DNA of 64,000 nucleotides from Balanoglossus misakiensis (GCA_040954595.2 CM082578.2:8789519-8853518); one strand, 5' to 3'; shown: positions 43,401-58,400, counted from the first letter of the stretch. Notes: generated by a model from the letters alone, not told the origin. Program-made: numbers and translations.

Positions 43401-46400
43401 GTAGCGGCCGGGCTTCAGGGGGCGGTATCTCACGGTGAACGTGCCGTCGTTGTTGTTGACGATCTGGGCAGGCTCGTTGATGCCTCCTATTTATATGCAC
43501 ACAAAAAATAGCTTGCTTGTTTCTTTCAGTAAATGTGATACAAAATTATGTTGTTTTTTTCAATTTGTCACTAGAACTGTCTTTTGCGTTTGCAATTGAT
43601 AGCTAGTGTCCCAACACTGTTATGCTTGAATCACTCACACGCCATGAACACAGAAATCTTTTCCACACATGATATCTGAATCTTTTCTAAATGAAAGCAT
43701 GTTAATGGTGTACATTTCCTAATAGTTAAATCATTCAAGAACGTGACAAAAATGACAGGCGTCAAATTTGTTTATAAGAAATGACATCCTTTGCAGTATT
43801 AGACACACAGATGATTAGTATGAAAACACACTTAGCGGTGAAATCGTTGGTCTGAATAACACACTCAACGTTACAGTGAGACAGTTGAACCAAGTCATGA
43901 ATGCGTCAAACATAGCACAGCTCAAAGGGTTCTACTTCCTCCACACAGAGAACAAATTTAAGGGGGTCCCTATTCCCTCAACAACACAATCAAGCCAGTC
44001 CCCCGAAAAACTTGTGGAAAACAATTTTAACTAGAAACTTAAGGACAGAAGACCATGGTAAGACCACAGTATTCTCGAAAAGGAAACAGCCATTTGTTTT
44101 TATATAATTTTGAAAAGTTTGTGTTATCCCAAATGGAATATTTTTTTAAATCCATGACTTGTCATATTTGCTGTAATTGCAAATTCACAATTTTGATGAA
44201 GACAACACATAAGCAAATGAAACATGTTACATGATACAAATTGACTTGTAAACAACATCCAAACCAACAATAGCATGTCAGTGACAACAGTTGAGCCTGA
44301 TTATAAATGCATGACAGAATGGTACTTTTCGTTTGAATGTTTTTATTGTTTCAAATTAATGATTAGATATGGATGAACATTGTATATTTGAGTAATTCTA
44401 TGTAGTATTTTTATGAAATGTTAGAATGATCACCAATTGTCCGCTAATGTATACTGATGAAAGTGCATTAGCTACAGCTAGAGAATCTATTTTTGTGGAG
44501 GGAAGAAGTTAGTTTAGAGTATGAGCTCTTAAAGCTATGCTAGTATGAGTCAGACATGCACAGCTCGAAACCTTGACACCCCTAATTCTACATCAAATGG
44601 ACTAGCTATGCCTACGAACCAAATGCTACAAGAGCATCCCATTTCAACTAGAATCTGAGGGGTGGGAAGGTTGATATGAACACTGTAAAGAGGAGTGTAC
44701 CTGGACCAATGATTTGTACTCTGAGTTCGGCCTCCCCAGCTTCTTTAGTGTGCACGGTGAAGACGGCATCCTCTCTGACGCGGATACCCTTGGCCTGTAT
44801 GCCGCGTCCGGTGACGTAGGCTTTCTTGGGGTTGAACACTGCAAGACAAGGCGGAAGAAAAAAGAAAGTTACGTGGAGCTTAGAAATCCAGTCAATGACC
44901 CAAGGTTTGAGAATCATACCTTAATGCCATAACGATCACCTGCTATCGAATCCTTCCCACAGACATTCAGATCCATTACATGTACATCATTGAATGATTT
45001 ACTATAAACAAGTTATCAATTTCCCTTTCAACATGTAGTGGCATTAGACATGCATTTTGTATATGACCTTAAAACCATCCATTAGTCAGAAGAACATTCA
45101 TTTTGGACACATCCTTGTTATTCATTGAAAATGCAGCTCAGACTGCATTGCCATAGTGCTATATCCAGATTACCCTCACACATGCATGGAAAAATTGCGC
45201 CCATACATTATCCCCTTATCACAGTATCGCGCGTGCGTATATACCATATGAAAGAATCGCGCATATACATTCATAGTTGTCGCGCATGCAGCCAGCACGG
45301 AGACCTCATGCGGCAGTCATTTATCGCACCAACGGACCAAGCACCACAGAAATGGCACCATCGTACGGTCAAAATGACATTGCCTGCAGTTTTACCTGCC
45401 ACTACCCTGGCTCGGGCCGGAGCGCGTCTACGACCCAGCTCTTGTGCGGAGAATACACCATTGTGTCCCTCTGCAATGGCATATTTGCAAATTTTATAAC
45501 AATTTTAGTACTTCTACAATAAAATCTTTTCAAAATTATAAAAAGATTTTTTCCGCTTGGTTTTTTTTGGACATACATGTAGCATACTCACCTTCATTTT
45601 ATAAAATCACATGACAATACAATTAAAAACTTGATGTCTCACACGTGGCATATTTGTGTACTTGTTTGTTTTTGTAAATTTTGGAAATTTCATAATGTGA
45701 CACCAAAATTAAAACTGTGCAACTAACATGCAAGTGTGACTGTACATTTTGTTAGTATCAATTTCTCCCGTACTTGTCACCAAACACCATTTTGTTACCT
45801 GGTACAAGATCTTCTTCTATCACCTCAAAGCTGTGGTCTCTGTCAACACGCTCCAGGCTCTCTGGTATGGTAGATTCATGATATTGAAGAGTTTTTTTAT
45901 CCACAGAGATTATATCAAATTAAGAAAGTACAACCCTCCTATTCAAGGGCTGTCAATATTTTAGTTGATCAGAGATCAGAGAGATAAACTCCTGAAGCAA
46001 TGCCATGTTGATGGCTCAAAAAAGCTCATTGTATATGTAGAGACAGTCAAAACTTGAGCTGTGAGTGCCTACATACGGCATTCTAAAAGCCACCTGCTCA
46101 TGGCAGAATAGACCCAAATTTCATGATCCAATTAATGAACAATGCCGCTGGGTATCCTCTTTTATGTTTTAAGAGAGGCAGTTGTCATGACGATAGAAGA
46201 TAAACATCACACACCACAACACTATAATATTTCTTTCTTTATTTTGGAAGGTCTTGTTGGTGTAACATGTACAGGTATGTTATCAGTAAGATAAAAAAAT
46301 TTCACGAACAGCATGACAATTCTCATGTACCGACTCATTAAAACTGATGACCTGATATTTTCATTCTCTGAAGATTGTATAAGCTTGAGCAGAACACAAC

Positions 46401-49400
46401 AGTGACCCCAAAACACCAGGCAGTATTATGCAGCTCTGATAATTACCTGACAACAGAAACTCAACGTCCAGTGCACTTTCAATGTGTTCTTGGACCACTG
46501 GCATGATTTCTTCTTCTGGAAGGATCAGATTTCACAGATTGAGAAGACCAGGAATCAGATTTCAGATACCGTAACACATCATTTTCAGAAAACATACTCC
46601 ACTGACTGACTGACTTGTTTATTTCAGCACTGACGCGACAGTGACAAGTCAACATACAAACATGCCAAATCTAACACCTGAAAATGTCACAGTGAAATGC
46701 TGCAATGTTTCTATGTCAGCCTCTTTCATTTACCTTGAATAACATTCTCACTCTTCACAATCTCAGCACCATCTCCTTCCACAACTTTCCAGAACTCTTC
46801 TTCTGGTGAATGCAAAACAGACTTTTACCTCTTAGTGTCTTGTCTGTTATACCACCACTCAACATGTTGTGCTACCTAACGTTGCCCCAAATAATGGCAT
46901 TGTTATCCTTTTGACTGACATCATCAATGTAAATTAAAACCACCCTCATGTTCTGTGATACACCCACTACAACCTATCAGCCCACCTGTCCACCAAATAT
47001 ACCAGACCAACTGACCATACCAATGTGCTCACCAAAATGTTCTTTTCTCATTTTACCTGCTGCAAAATTCCTTTCAAATGACATCTTCACGGTCTGTTTG
47101 TCCACGTGGGAGATTTCCTCCTCTTCTGTTTCAGAAAACAAGACATCGTTCAGAAAGTCACCCCGTGTTCAAATTTGTGACTCAATCCCACGGAATGTTT
47201 AATCACACTGACTGCCAAAATCCCATGCTAGACCCTACTTGGTTCTGATCGCCTAGATGAGAAATGACTGTACCTCAATACTGCTAACAAGAAAGATACA
47301 AATTTGTGACCTGCCAATGTGCATGTTACGGTGCTGGAGAAAAACAGTGCTCAACCATTCACAGCATTGCTCATATATTGAGCAGGACACTTCAGTCATC
47401 ATCTTTGCACACTTTACCTGGTTGAAAGTATGTGATTTCTGTGCGTTCAATTCTTGGTGTTTCTGCTTGCTGTGTACCTTCAGTTCTTCTCTCAAACATC
47501 GTGTGAAATCTTTCTTCGATTTTGGATATACCCTTCCTTACAGTGGTGACTAGTTTTATACACAAAGACATTGGTTTACACAAAGTGTTCAGGAAAAGGC
47601 TTTGATGATCACGTTTGAAAACACCGCATCACTTCTTGGTTATGTCTTGAGGTGGAGGTATCTATCTCTCCAGGAGATGAATATTTTATGCATCGTCTTG
47701 CTTTGATTTTTCAACTGTTTTGCAATGAGTCAGAATTTTCCCACCAGTACATTGGTATTGAACTAATCACTTGATGTTAACAGAGATGATAGCCATGGAT
47801 GTTCAAAAGAAATACAAATGTGATTCACAAACGTTGATGTTACTATTATTCAATGCACCATTCAAGTGGTTTGCATGATACTATGCTATTCATAACTATA
47901 TACCGCTAACTGAACACTTAACAAGTACCTCCAGAAGATAAGACTTCACTGACTCCACTTTCTTGCACACTGACAGCTTCCTTTTCAAAGACAGTTTCAG
48001 GAGGTTCAGCTTCTGTTACAACATCTGATTCCAAGACAACCACAATAGGTTCTTCAACCAGAGTGGGTTCTTCTACCATTGCAAAGTCGCTTTCTATCAT
48101 GCCCAGACTTTGTTCTGATATGAGAACAGAGACCATTGTATCATGTGTGCATGGTTGTCTAATCGAGCAATAGAACACCACCTTAAAGTCCTGAGTTGAT
48201 AACAATATATAGTGTCATCCATGGCCCTGATACCTAGTGGCATCAATGCCTAACCGGTGCAAACCCTGTGAGCAGGGTGTTCATTGCCATATGTGTTATT
48301 CTGTTCTCCTAACAAACAGACAGTTAAAGGTAGAGTTGTACTGGAACATGAAAGAGTTGGACAGATTGAGAGTCCATAGAAAGTCTTCAGACAAGATGCA
48401 TATAGTTGTAAACCAGTGAAGATAATATTCGCTTTCCACCAGGTATTATCCGGTGGTAATGAATGTGAAACATCTTGTCTTGTGTCCACTTCATCACCGT
48501 TCCCCAACCAGTGTATGTGCGTATACCAAACATATAACAATCAGGGATGTTCACTGTTTACCTGGTTCAACACTGACTTCAACTGCACTTTCGATTCTTG
48601 GCTGTTCAGTTACTTTCACAACTTCTTCCTGTTCATCAACTGCGTCTTTTTTCATCAATGACTGAAACCTCTCTCCAATTTGAGTGAAACCACTCTTGAC
48701 CACCGTGACTGGTCCACACAAATAATGCAAAAATATCATGATTACAATCTCTGCTTAATCATACCAAATACAACAATGATAGAGATCAGTCCACTTTTAA
48801 TTTTGTACCAATGGGAGCTGACAAACACCAGACAAATTTATAACCATACTTTCCCACCAATCATCTTACACAACATGTACCTGTTCTAGACATTATTTTA
48901 GTGTTGCTTTCATAATCTTGATCTTCTGATTCTTGTAAACTGACTGTAGCCTTTTCTAAGATGATTTCTGGAGGTTCAGCTTCAGTTACAACATCTGTTT
49001 CCAAGACAACCACAGCAGGTTCTTCAACCAGAGCAGGTTCTTCTACCATTGCAAAGTCGCTTTCAATCATGCCCACACTTTGTTCTGGTGTACGAGAACA
49101 TGGACCACTTAATATTCATTCCATAGTCTTTGGACAATGTGCACAATTGTACATCTGTCAAGCTAGTATCCACGTTCTGCCAAGTATTATGGCAGTAATG
49201 AATGCAAAACGTCTTGTGTATTGTCAAATTCATCACCATGAACCCATCCCGGTGTGTGTGCATATACCAAACATATAGCCATCCAAGCCAATGTTCACTG
49301 TTTACCTGGTTGTAAATTGACTGCGATTGCACTTTCAATTGTTGGTTGTTCAGTTACTCTGATAACATCTTCTTCCTGTTCATCAACTGTGTCTTTTTTC

Positions 49401-52400
49401 ATCATTGACTGAAACCTCTCTCCAATTTGAGTGAAACCTCTCTTAACCACAGTAACTGATTTACACAAAGAATGGGAAAATATCATGGTTACAAATTGAT
49501 CTAATCATACCAAAGTCAACACTGATAGCAACTGTTCCACTTTAGATTTTGTACTGATACTAATAGGATCAGACAAAATTCTAACCACACATTGCCACCA
49601 ACAATTTCGTACAACATGTACCTGTTCTAGATGTAATTTTAGTGTTACTTTCATGATCTTGATCTTCTGGTTCTTGTAAACTGACAGTAGCCTTTTCAAC
49701 AATAATTTCTGGAGGTTCAGCTTCTGTTACAACATCTGTTTCCAAGACAACCACAGTAGGTTCTTCAACCAGAGCAGGTTCTTCTACCATTGCAAAATCG
49801 CTTTCAATAGTGCTCAGACTTTGTTCTGGTGTACAAGAACAAGGGCCAGTTCATAAAATTTTCCCAGTTTGGTTACATCTACCTACTCTTTCAACCACCA
49901 TGACAAATGACAGAAAACAACCAAGTCCTGAGTAGACGTACAACACAAGTGTTATCCATGTCCCTGATACCTAGTGGCATCATTGCCAAACCAATGTAAA
50001 CCATGTGAGCAGGGTGTTCAGTGCCATCTGTTATTCTGTACTCATAACAAGAAGACAGCTACATTGTAGGTAGAGATGTACTGGAACAAGACAGAGTTGG
50101 ACAGAGTAAGATTCCATAAAAAGTCTTTGAAAACCTGTGAACATAACATTCACTTTCCAACGAGTATTGGTATTTGGCAGTAATGAATGTGATACATCTT
50201 GTTTTATGTTAACTTCATCAAAATGCACCCACCACAGTGTATGTGTGTGTACCAACATCACCCCTACTAATCAAACAGGGATGTTCACTGTTTACCTGGT
50301 TCAACACTGACTTCAACCGCACTTTCAATTCTTGGCTGTTCAGTTGGTATCACAACTTCTTCCTGTTCATCAACTGTGTCTTTTTTCATCATTGACTGAA
50401 ACCTCTCTCCAATTTGAGTAAAACCTCTCTTAACCACAGTGACTGCAGGTTTACACAAATAATTCAAAATTATCATGGTTACTAAATCATCCATTTATCA
50501 AAAATCTCTGCTGAATCATAACAAATTCAGCAACGATGAAAATCGTTCCATTTTTGATTTTGCACCGAAAGGATCAGACAACAGACAGACATATTCCTAA
50601 CCACACTTTCCCCACCAACAATTTTGTACAACATGTACCTGTTCTAGATGTAATTTTAGTGGTGCTTTCATCATCTTGATCTTCTGGTTCTTGTAAACTG
50701 ACAGTAGCCTTTTCAACAATAATTTCTGGAGGTTCTGTTTCTGTTACAACATCTGTTTCCAAGACAACCACAGCAGGTTCTTCAACCACAGTGGGTTCTT
50801 CTACCATCGCAAAATCGCTTTCAATCATGTGCAAACTTTGTTCTGATACGAGAACAAGGACCAGTTTATCACTATTCCAAACTGATTACATCTACTGTAC
50901 TCTACCACATCAACCACCATGACAAACAGAAGAACACCACCAAGTCCTGAGTTGGTAACATCTGTGTTATTTATTTCTCTGACACCTTCTGGTATTATTG
51001 CCAAACCATGTGAGCAGTGTGTTCAGTGCAATCTGCTCTACTGTACTCATCACAAGAATACAGCAGACAGAGGCGTACTTAAACGTGAAGGAGTTAGACA
51101 AGGTCAGAGTGAGATTCCGCAGAAAGTCTTTGGGCAAGGTGCATAGTCGTAAACCAGTGAAGATAACATTCGCTTTCCACCAAGTAATCTGGTGGTAATG
51201 ACTTTGAAACACCTTGTCATGTATCAAATTCATCACAGTGTGTCAGTGTAAGTGTGTGTGCGTACATGTACACCAAAATCACCAAACATACACCCATCCT
51301 AACAAACAGGATGATCACTGTTTACCTGGTTGTAAATTCACTGCGATTGCACTTTCAATTCTTGGTTGTTCAGTAACTTTGATCACTTCTTCTTCCTGTT
51401 CATCAACTGTGTCTTTTTTCATTATTGACTGAAACCTCTCTCCAATTTGAGTGAAACCTCTCTTAACAACTGTGACTGGTTGGGTGGCAAGACAAAAATG
51501 AGATGTTTACAACTTTATAGGAACATCTGCAGGCTGAACTTGACTACATTCGATCACCATCTAATGAACACCATTACCGAAGCACTACAACACCACAGCT
51601 GGTGCAACATGTAAACCAGTTACGGCTTACAAATAAAAACATGTTCTGCATAGACTTTCCATGGGTTTACCTGTTCTGGATGTAATTTTAGTGTTACTTT
51701 CACCATCTTGATCTTCTGGTTCTTGTAAAGTCACAGTAGCCTTTTCGAAGACGATTTCTGGAGGTTCAACTTCTGTTACAACATCTGTTTCCGAAACAAC
51801 CACGGTAGGTTCTTCAACCAGAGCAGGTTCTTCTACCATTGCAAAGTCGCTTTCTATTATGTTCACACTTTGTTCTGATATGAGAACAAAGATCACGAAA
51901 TCAGGTTTGCATACAGCGTCAGTCTAATCTACCAACCAACATGACAAATGGCAAAAACCACAAGTCCTGAGTTATACATGTACTGGTGCCTAAGAAGTGT
52001 GAACAATGTCAGCGATGTGTTCAATGCAATCTGTTCTTCTGAACTCATGACGAGAAAACAGCAAAGTAGTGATGTCCTGGAATATGACAGAGTTGGACCG
52101 ACACAGATAGAGTGAGATTCCATAGGACGTCATTAGACAAGCTGCATACCAGTAGTTGTAAACATGTGAAGATAACATTTTCTTTCCACAAAGTATGATT
52201 TGGTCCTAATGAATGCAAAACACCTTGTCCTGTGTCAGATATCATCACCACGAACCCACCACAGTATGTGTGCGTATACCAAACATATAGCCATTCTAAG
52301 CAATCTGGGATGTTCACTGTTTACCTGGTTGTAAATTGACTGCAATTGCACTTTCAATTCTCGGCTGTTCAGTTACTTCCTCAACTTCTTCATGTTCCTC

Positions 52401-55400
52401 AACTGCTTCTTTTTTCATCATTGACTGAAACCTCTCTCCAATTTGAGTGAAACCTCTCATAACCACGGTGACTGGTTTACACAAATAATGCAAAGATATC
52501 GTGGTTACAAATTGATCCAATCACTAAAACTGATTTTGTACTAGCAGGATTAGAACAAAACAAGACATACAGTATTTTGAAACACATTTTCCCACCAACA
52601 ATTTTGTACAACATGTACCTGTTCTAGATGTAATTTTAGTGTTACTTTCATAATCTTGATCTTCTGGTTCTTGTAAACTGACTGTAGCCGTTTCTAAGAC
52701 GATATCTGGAGGTTCAGCTTCAGTTACAACATCTGTTTCCAAGACAACCACAATAGGTTCTTCAACCACAGTGGGTTCTTCTACCAATGCAAAGTCACTT
52801 TCAATCGTGCTCAGACTTTGTTCTGGTGTACAAGAACAAGGGCCAGTTCATAAAATATTCACAAACAATCAACCACCATGACAAATGACAGAAAACCACC
52901 AAGTCCTGAGATGAAGTACAACACAAGTGTTATCCATGTTCCCGATACCTAGTGGCATCATTGCCAAACCAATGTAAACCATGTGAGTAAGGTTTTCAGT
53001 GCCACCTGTATTCTGTACTCGATCATAACAAGAAGACAGCAAGGTAGAGTTGTACTGGAACATGAAAGAGTTGGACACAGTAAGATTACACAGAAAATCT
53101 TTAGACACGTTGCCAGTTGCAAACCTGTCCAGCTTACATCCACCTTCCACCAAAACTCGCACTCTGAGGGTATTGAATGCAAAACGCCATGTATATTGTC
53201 AAATTCATCACCACGAACCCACCACAGTGTGAGTGCATATATCCAACATAAAGCCATCCTAATCAAGCACGGATGTTCACTGTTTACCTGGTTGTAAATT
53301 GACTGCAATTGCACTTTCAATTCTTGGCTGTTCAGTTACTTCCGAATCGATCACTTCTTCTTCCTGTTCACCAACCGTGTCTTTTTTCATCAATGACTGA
53401 AACCGCTCTCCAATTTGAGTGAAACCTCTCTTAACCACGGTAACTGGGTTTTATGCAACACAAAAAGGGTACCTTGACGATTTGATAGCAACATCTGTGA
53501 CAAAATCAGGCTAATTTTCCACAACTGGTCCGAAGGTACAACACACTACACCTGGTGTAAGATGTAAACATGTCACAATGCTTATAAACAAAAACATTGT
53601 CTGTATCCACTTTCCATGGGTTACCTGTTCTAGATGTAATTTTAGTGTCATTTCCGTCGCCTTGATCTTCTGCTTCTTGTAAACTGACTGTGGCCTTTTC
53701 TAAGATGATTTCTGGAGGTTCAGCTTCCGTTACCACATCTGTTTCCAAGACAACCACAGCAGGTTCTTCAACCACAGTGGGTTCTTCTACCATTGCAAAG
53801 TCGCTTTCTATCATGCCCAGACTTTGTTCTGGTGTACGAGAACAAGGGCCAGTTCATAAAATATTCACAAACCGGTTACATCTACCGTATTCCATCAACC
53901 ACCATGACAAATGACAGAAAAGCACCAAGTTCTGAGTAGACAACACAAGTGTTATCCATGTCCGGATACCTCAGTGGCATCATTGCCCATCCTGTGCAAA
54001 CCATGTGAGTAGTGTGTCCAGTGAAATGTGCTTTAATTTCTGTATTCAATTAGAATACAGCAAGGTAGAGTTGTTTTTTGAATGGGACTGAGGTGGACAG
54101 ACATGCCACTGAAAATATGGACAAATGTAGGACTACAGAACTGTCAAGGAAGACAATTACACCCTCCACCCGAGATATTTGGTGACCATGACTTCAAGGC
54201 ACCAGGTTTCACATCAGGCAAACTCATTTTGCACCCAAGTATGTTAGTATGTCCCGGTATATACCGAACATGTTACCCATCCAATAATTGCCACCGTTTA
54301 CCTGGTTGTAAATTGACTGCAATTGCGCTTTCAATTCTTGGCTGTACAATTACTCTGATCACTTCTTTTTCTTCCTGTTCACCAACTGCATCTTTTTTCA
54401 TCATTGACTGAAACCTCTCTCCAAGTTTAGTGAAACCTCTCTTAACCACAGTCACTGGTTCATGGAACACAAAGAGCATAGGCTGACAATCTGAACATTT
54501 TCAGTGCAGAGACAACAAACTTTCCACCACACCTGTTAGATCTTTCATATACTGAACACTTTATGACTGACAAGAATATATTTCCAAGTCAAGTTTATAC
54601 ACAAAACACCAAACCCCAAAAGACAAAATCTGTAGATGAAGTCACTCCATGTAAATAAATGACATTTCCACTAACAGCTATATGCACCGCTTTTGTTCCA
54701 TGACAGTTACCTGTTCCAAATGCAAATTTTGTGCTACTTTCATCGTGTTCAGCTTCTGTTTCTTGAACACCGACAACATCCTTTTCCGAAACAACATCAG
54801 GTTCTTCAACTACTGTAATCTCTCCTGCATGCTCGCGACCACTGCCTCTGCCCCGTGTCACAATTGTGTGGAACTTTCCCTCGATGGCTGTCAAACCTCT
54901 TTTCACTAAGGAAGCTGAGAGGTAAAGATAACTCAGAGTACACAATCATGATTCTCCCAAAGAATTTCAAGATTGTGGAGAACAGATAAAAAGAAAAATA
55001 GTAGCATCTGCAAATCAGGCTGACGATCAAGCAAAGGCAAAACAAGAAAGAAGGAAGCAACAACAAATCATGGATGCTGGACTGACCCAACAGAGTACGT
55101 GAATGTTTAAGAGGAGAGGAGTTTGATTTGCCCAAAAGCAACATTCAGTATCTCGACGTTGTCATGCAACAGCATCGGAAGAAGAGAACAGTACTAAGGG
55201 TTAGAGTAGACAGGTTTGTGTCACCCAAAGATCCCATTTAAGACACTGTGTGTCACTCAACCAAACCGGAAGAACTCTGAATGTATTCTTGTACCTCTCG
55301 TTTTCTTGGGGATAACTTGGACTTCTATTGGGATGTTCTTGACAAAGACGGTGATGAGAGTTTCCACTCGGACATGTATCCGTACTTTCAAGCCACCAGT

Positions 55401-58400
55401 CAAGGAAAACATAGCCAAACGTCAGGATAACGACTAATTAAACGATGAACTTGTAAGTATTCCCACCAAAACTATACATGTAAGTGCTGCCATGGTCATT
55501 GCTATAACACAACATGCATATACATGTACAATGGACCCTGGTCCCTCATATCATCCAGATCAGAACAACAATATGTCAGAGGTGTGTAGTATGCCATATC
55601 TGTTAATGTGGGACTGTCCAACCACCAGCGAAGCAAAACAAGAAAGCAGCAAGAAAATCAACCAAAATAAAATTACATTTGACTATACACACTGCCACAA
55701 AGATATACTAATGTTTCAGATGTGCATGTGCATGTGCATGTGATTGAACCTATCCTCATCACCACATGGATTCACAATAATACCTGGTGGGAAATTCTTT
55801 TGTTGGACGCTCTCAATTCTGGGTTCTATGCGAAGTGTAATGATCCCTTCTTCTTGTCCCTGCCTTCTTGGGCTGACATCCTTTGTCACCATGGAAACAG
55901 GTTTGTTTACCTTCTTTCTCACTGTGGTTACTGGTTTATCAGATACAGACACAGGCGTCATGGTTTATATAGTGCATGAGGCATGTCTATCAACTGACCA
56001 ATGCCCCCCAATTCGACAGTAATTGTTCAAAAGAATTTATAAAAAATACATGCTTCTCTCAGCAGAACATGTAACAAACAAAAATTCTTATATAATATAG
56101 TATAATTCTCCTTCTGGTATATGATTCAGATAATCCAATCTTTATCAACTACCTTCTCTCGTCCAACATTAATATTTATTGCATAATATCATATGAACCT
56201 GTGACAGATATCATAAAAGTACACAACTGAAGTGCTGTGAACTCTTTTCTTTTCAGTACCTGTTGTAATTATCATCTCCCCAGAGTCTTCCCAACCTCTG
56301 ACCACTCTTTCTCGCAAACTGACATTGTCCATTGTAAAATCCTCTTCAATGATGGAGGCATTTTGTTCTAACAAGTGAATAAAGCGCATTATGCATTCCA
56401 TGACTGAGAGTCATTTAAATCATGGCTTGCTTTTCACTGGAAAAATATTTCGTCAAACACCAGATAATGTAAGAACATTTTCAGTTATGAAACGTGCCAC
56501 CAAACAGAGCTATACCCCAGACCAACACATACAATTGTGCATCTAGCCATGTACACCAGTACAAATACACCCCTATGCTTGAATGTACGTTTTACCTGCT
56601 TCTTTTAAATCAATCACCATTGCACTATAGACCCTGGGTTCTCTTTCGGTGGACAAGGAAACTTCACCTTCGTGACTACTGTCTGTTCTCTGTGCAACGG
56701 CTGAGGATAACTCGATTGTTGGTTCAGAGTTTCCTTTTATAATGAGTGTGACTTTTTTCAAAAGGAAAAAAGGGAAAGAATTACTCTGGATGATGATGAT
56801 GAAGCAACTTTGTAGAATGCCGTTATCATCATTTAAAAAAAAAAGTCAATACAACTATGGTATAACGAAAAAAAATTCAAGTACTAAGAGGGATAATTCA
56901 ATCCGTCTTTATTGAATCCAAAAAGATCAGCTTCATATTATTATTATTTTCATGTATTATTCACAGCCAATCCTACCTGCTGGAAAATTCATCTCAGTGG
57001 TATTTTCATTATTGGTTTCCTCAGGTAATGTGACTTCCTCCTCTACAACTGTGACACTGGACTCCACAGGAATAGAGACCTCTTTCTCCAAGATGGTCAC
57101 GCTTGGCTCTTCAGGTAATGTGACTTCCTCCTCTACAACTGTGACACTGGACTCCACAGGAATAGAGACCTCTTTCTCCAAGATGGTCACGCTTGGCTCT
57201 TCAGGTAATGTGACTTCCTCCTCTACAACTGTGACACTGGACTCCACAGGAATAGAGACCTCTTTCTCCAAGATGGTCACGCTTGACTCTTCAGGTAATG
57301 TGACTTCCTCCTCTACAACTGTGACACTGGACTCCACAGGGATAGAGACCTCTTTCTCCAAGATGGTCACGCTTGACTCTTCAGGTAATGTGATTTCCTT
57401 CTCAATAACTGTGACACTGGACTCCACAGGGATAGACACCTCTTTCTCTAAGATGGTCACGCTTGACTCTTCAGGTAATGTGACCTCCTCCTCTATAACT
57501 GTGACACTGGACTCCACAGGGATAGACACCTCTTTCTCTAAGATGGTCACGCTTGACTCTTCAGGTAATGTGACCTCCTCCTCTATAACTGTGACACTGG
57601 ACTCCACAGGGATAGACACCTCTTTCTCCAAGATGGTCACGCTTGACTCTTCAGGTAATGTGACCTCCTCCTCTATCACTGTGACACTGGACTCCACAGG
57701 GATAGACACCTCTTTCTCCAAGATGGTCACGCTTGACTCTTCAGGTAATGTGACCTCCTCCTCTATCACTGTGACACTGGACTCCACAGGGATAGACACA
57801 TCTTTCTCTAAGATGGTCACGCTTGACTCTTCAGGTAATGTGACCTCCTCCTCTATAACTGTGACACTGGACTCCACAGGGATAGACACCTCTTTCTCCA
57901 AGATGGTCACGCTTGACTCTTCAGGTAATGTGACCTCCTCCTCTATCACTGTGACACTGGACTCCACAGGGATAGACACCTCTTTCTCCAAGATGGTCAC
58001 GCTTGACTCTTCAGGTAATGTGACCTCCTCCTCTATCACTGTGACACTGGACTCCACAGGGATAGACACATCTTTCTCTAAGATGGTCACGCTTGACTCT
58101 TCAGGTAATGTGACCTCCTCCTCTATAACTGTGACACTGAACTCCACAGGGATAGACACCTCTTTCTCTAAGATGGTCACGCTTGACTCTTCAGGTAATG
58201 TGACTTCCTCCTCTAGAACTGTGACACTGGACTCCACAGGGATAGACACCTCTTTCTCTAAGATGGTCACGCTTGACTCTTCGGGTAATGTGACTTCCTC
58301 CTCTAGAACTGTGACACTGGACTCCACAGGGATAGACACCTCTTTCTCTAAGATGGTCACGCTTGACTCTTCAGGTAATGTGACCTCCTCCTCTATAAGT

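Larger units (their letters stand above)
47929..54454. repeat. Tandem duplication, about 7 copies of a ~1-kb unit (exon B, intron, exon A, intron)
   Basis: Type A exons are spaced 1006, 948, 1032, 1017, 741 and 952 nt. Intron motifs also recur (e.g. caaccaccatgacaaatgacagaaaa, ccaagtcctgag). Confidence 0.95.
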
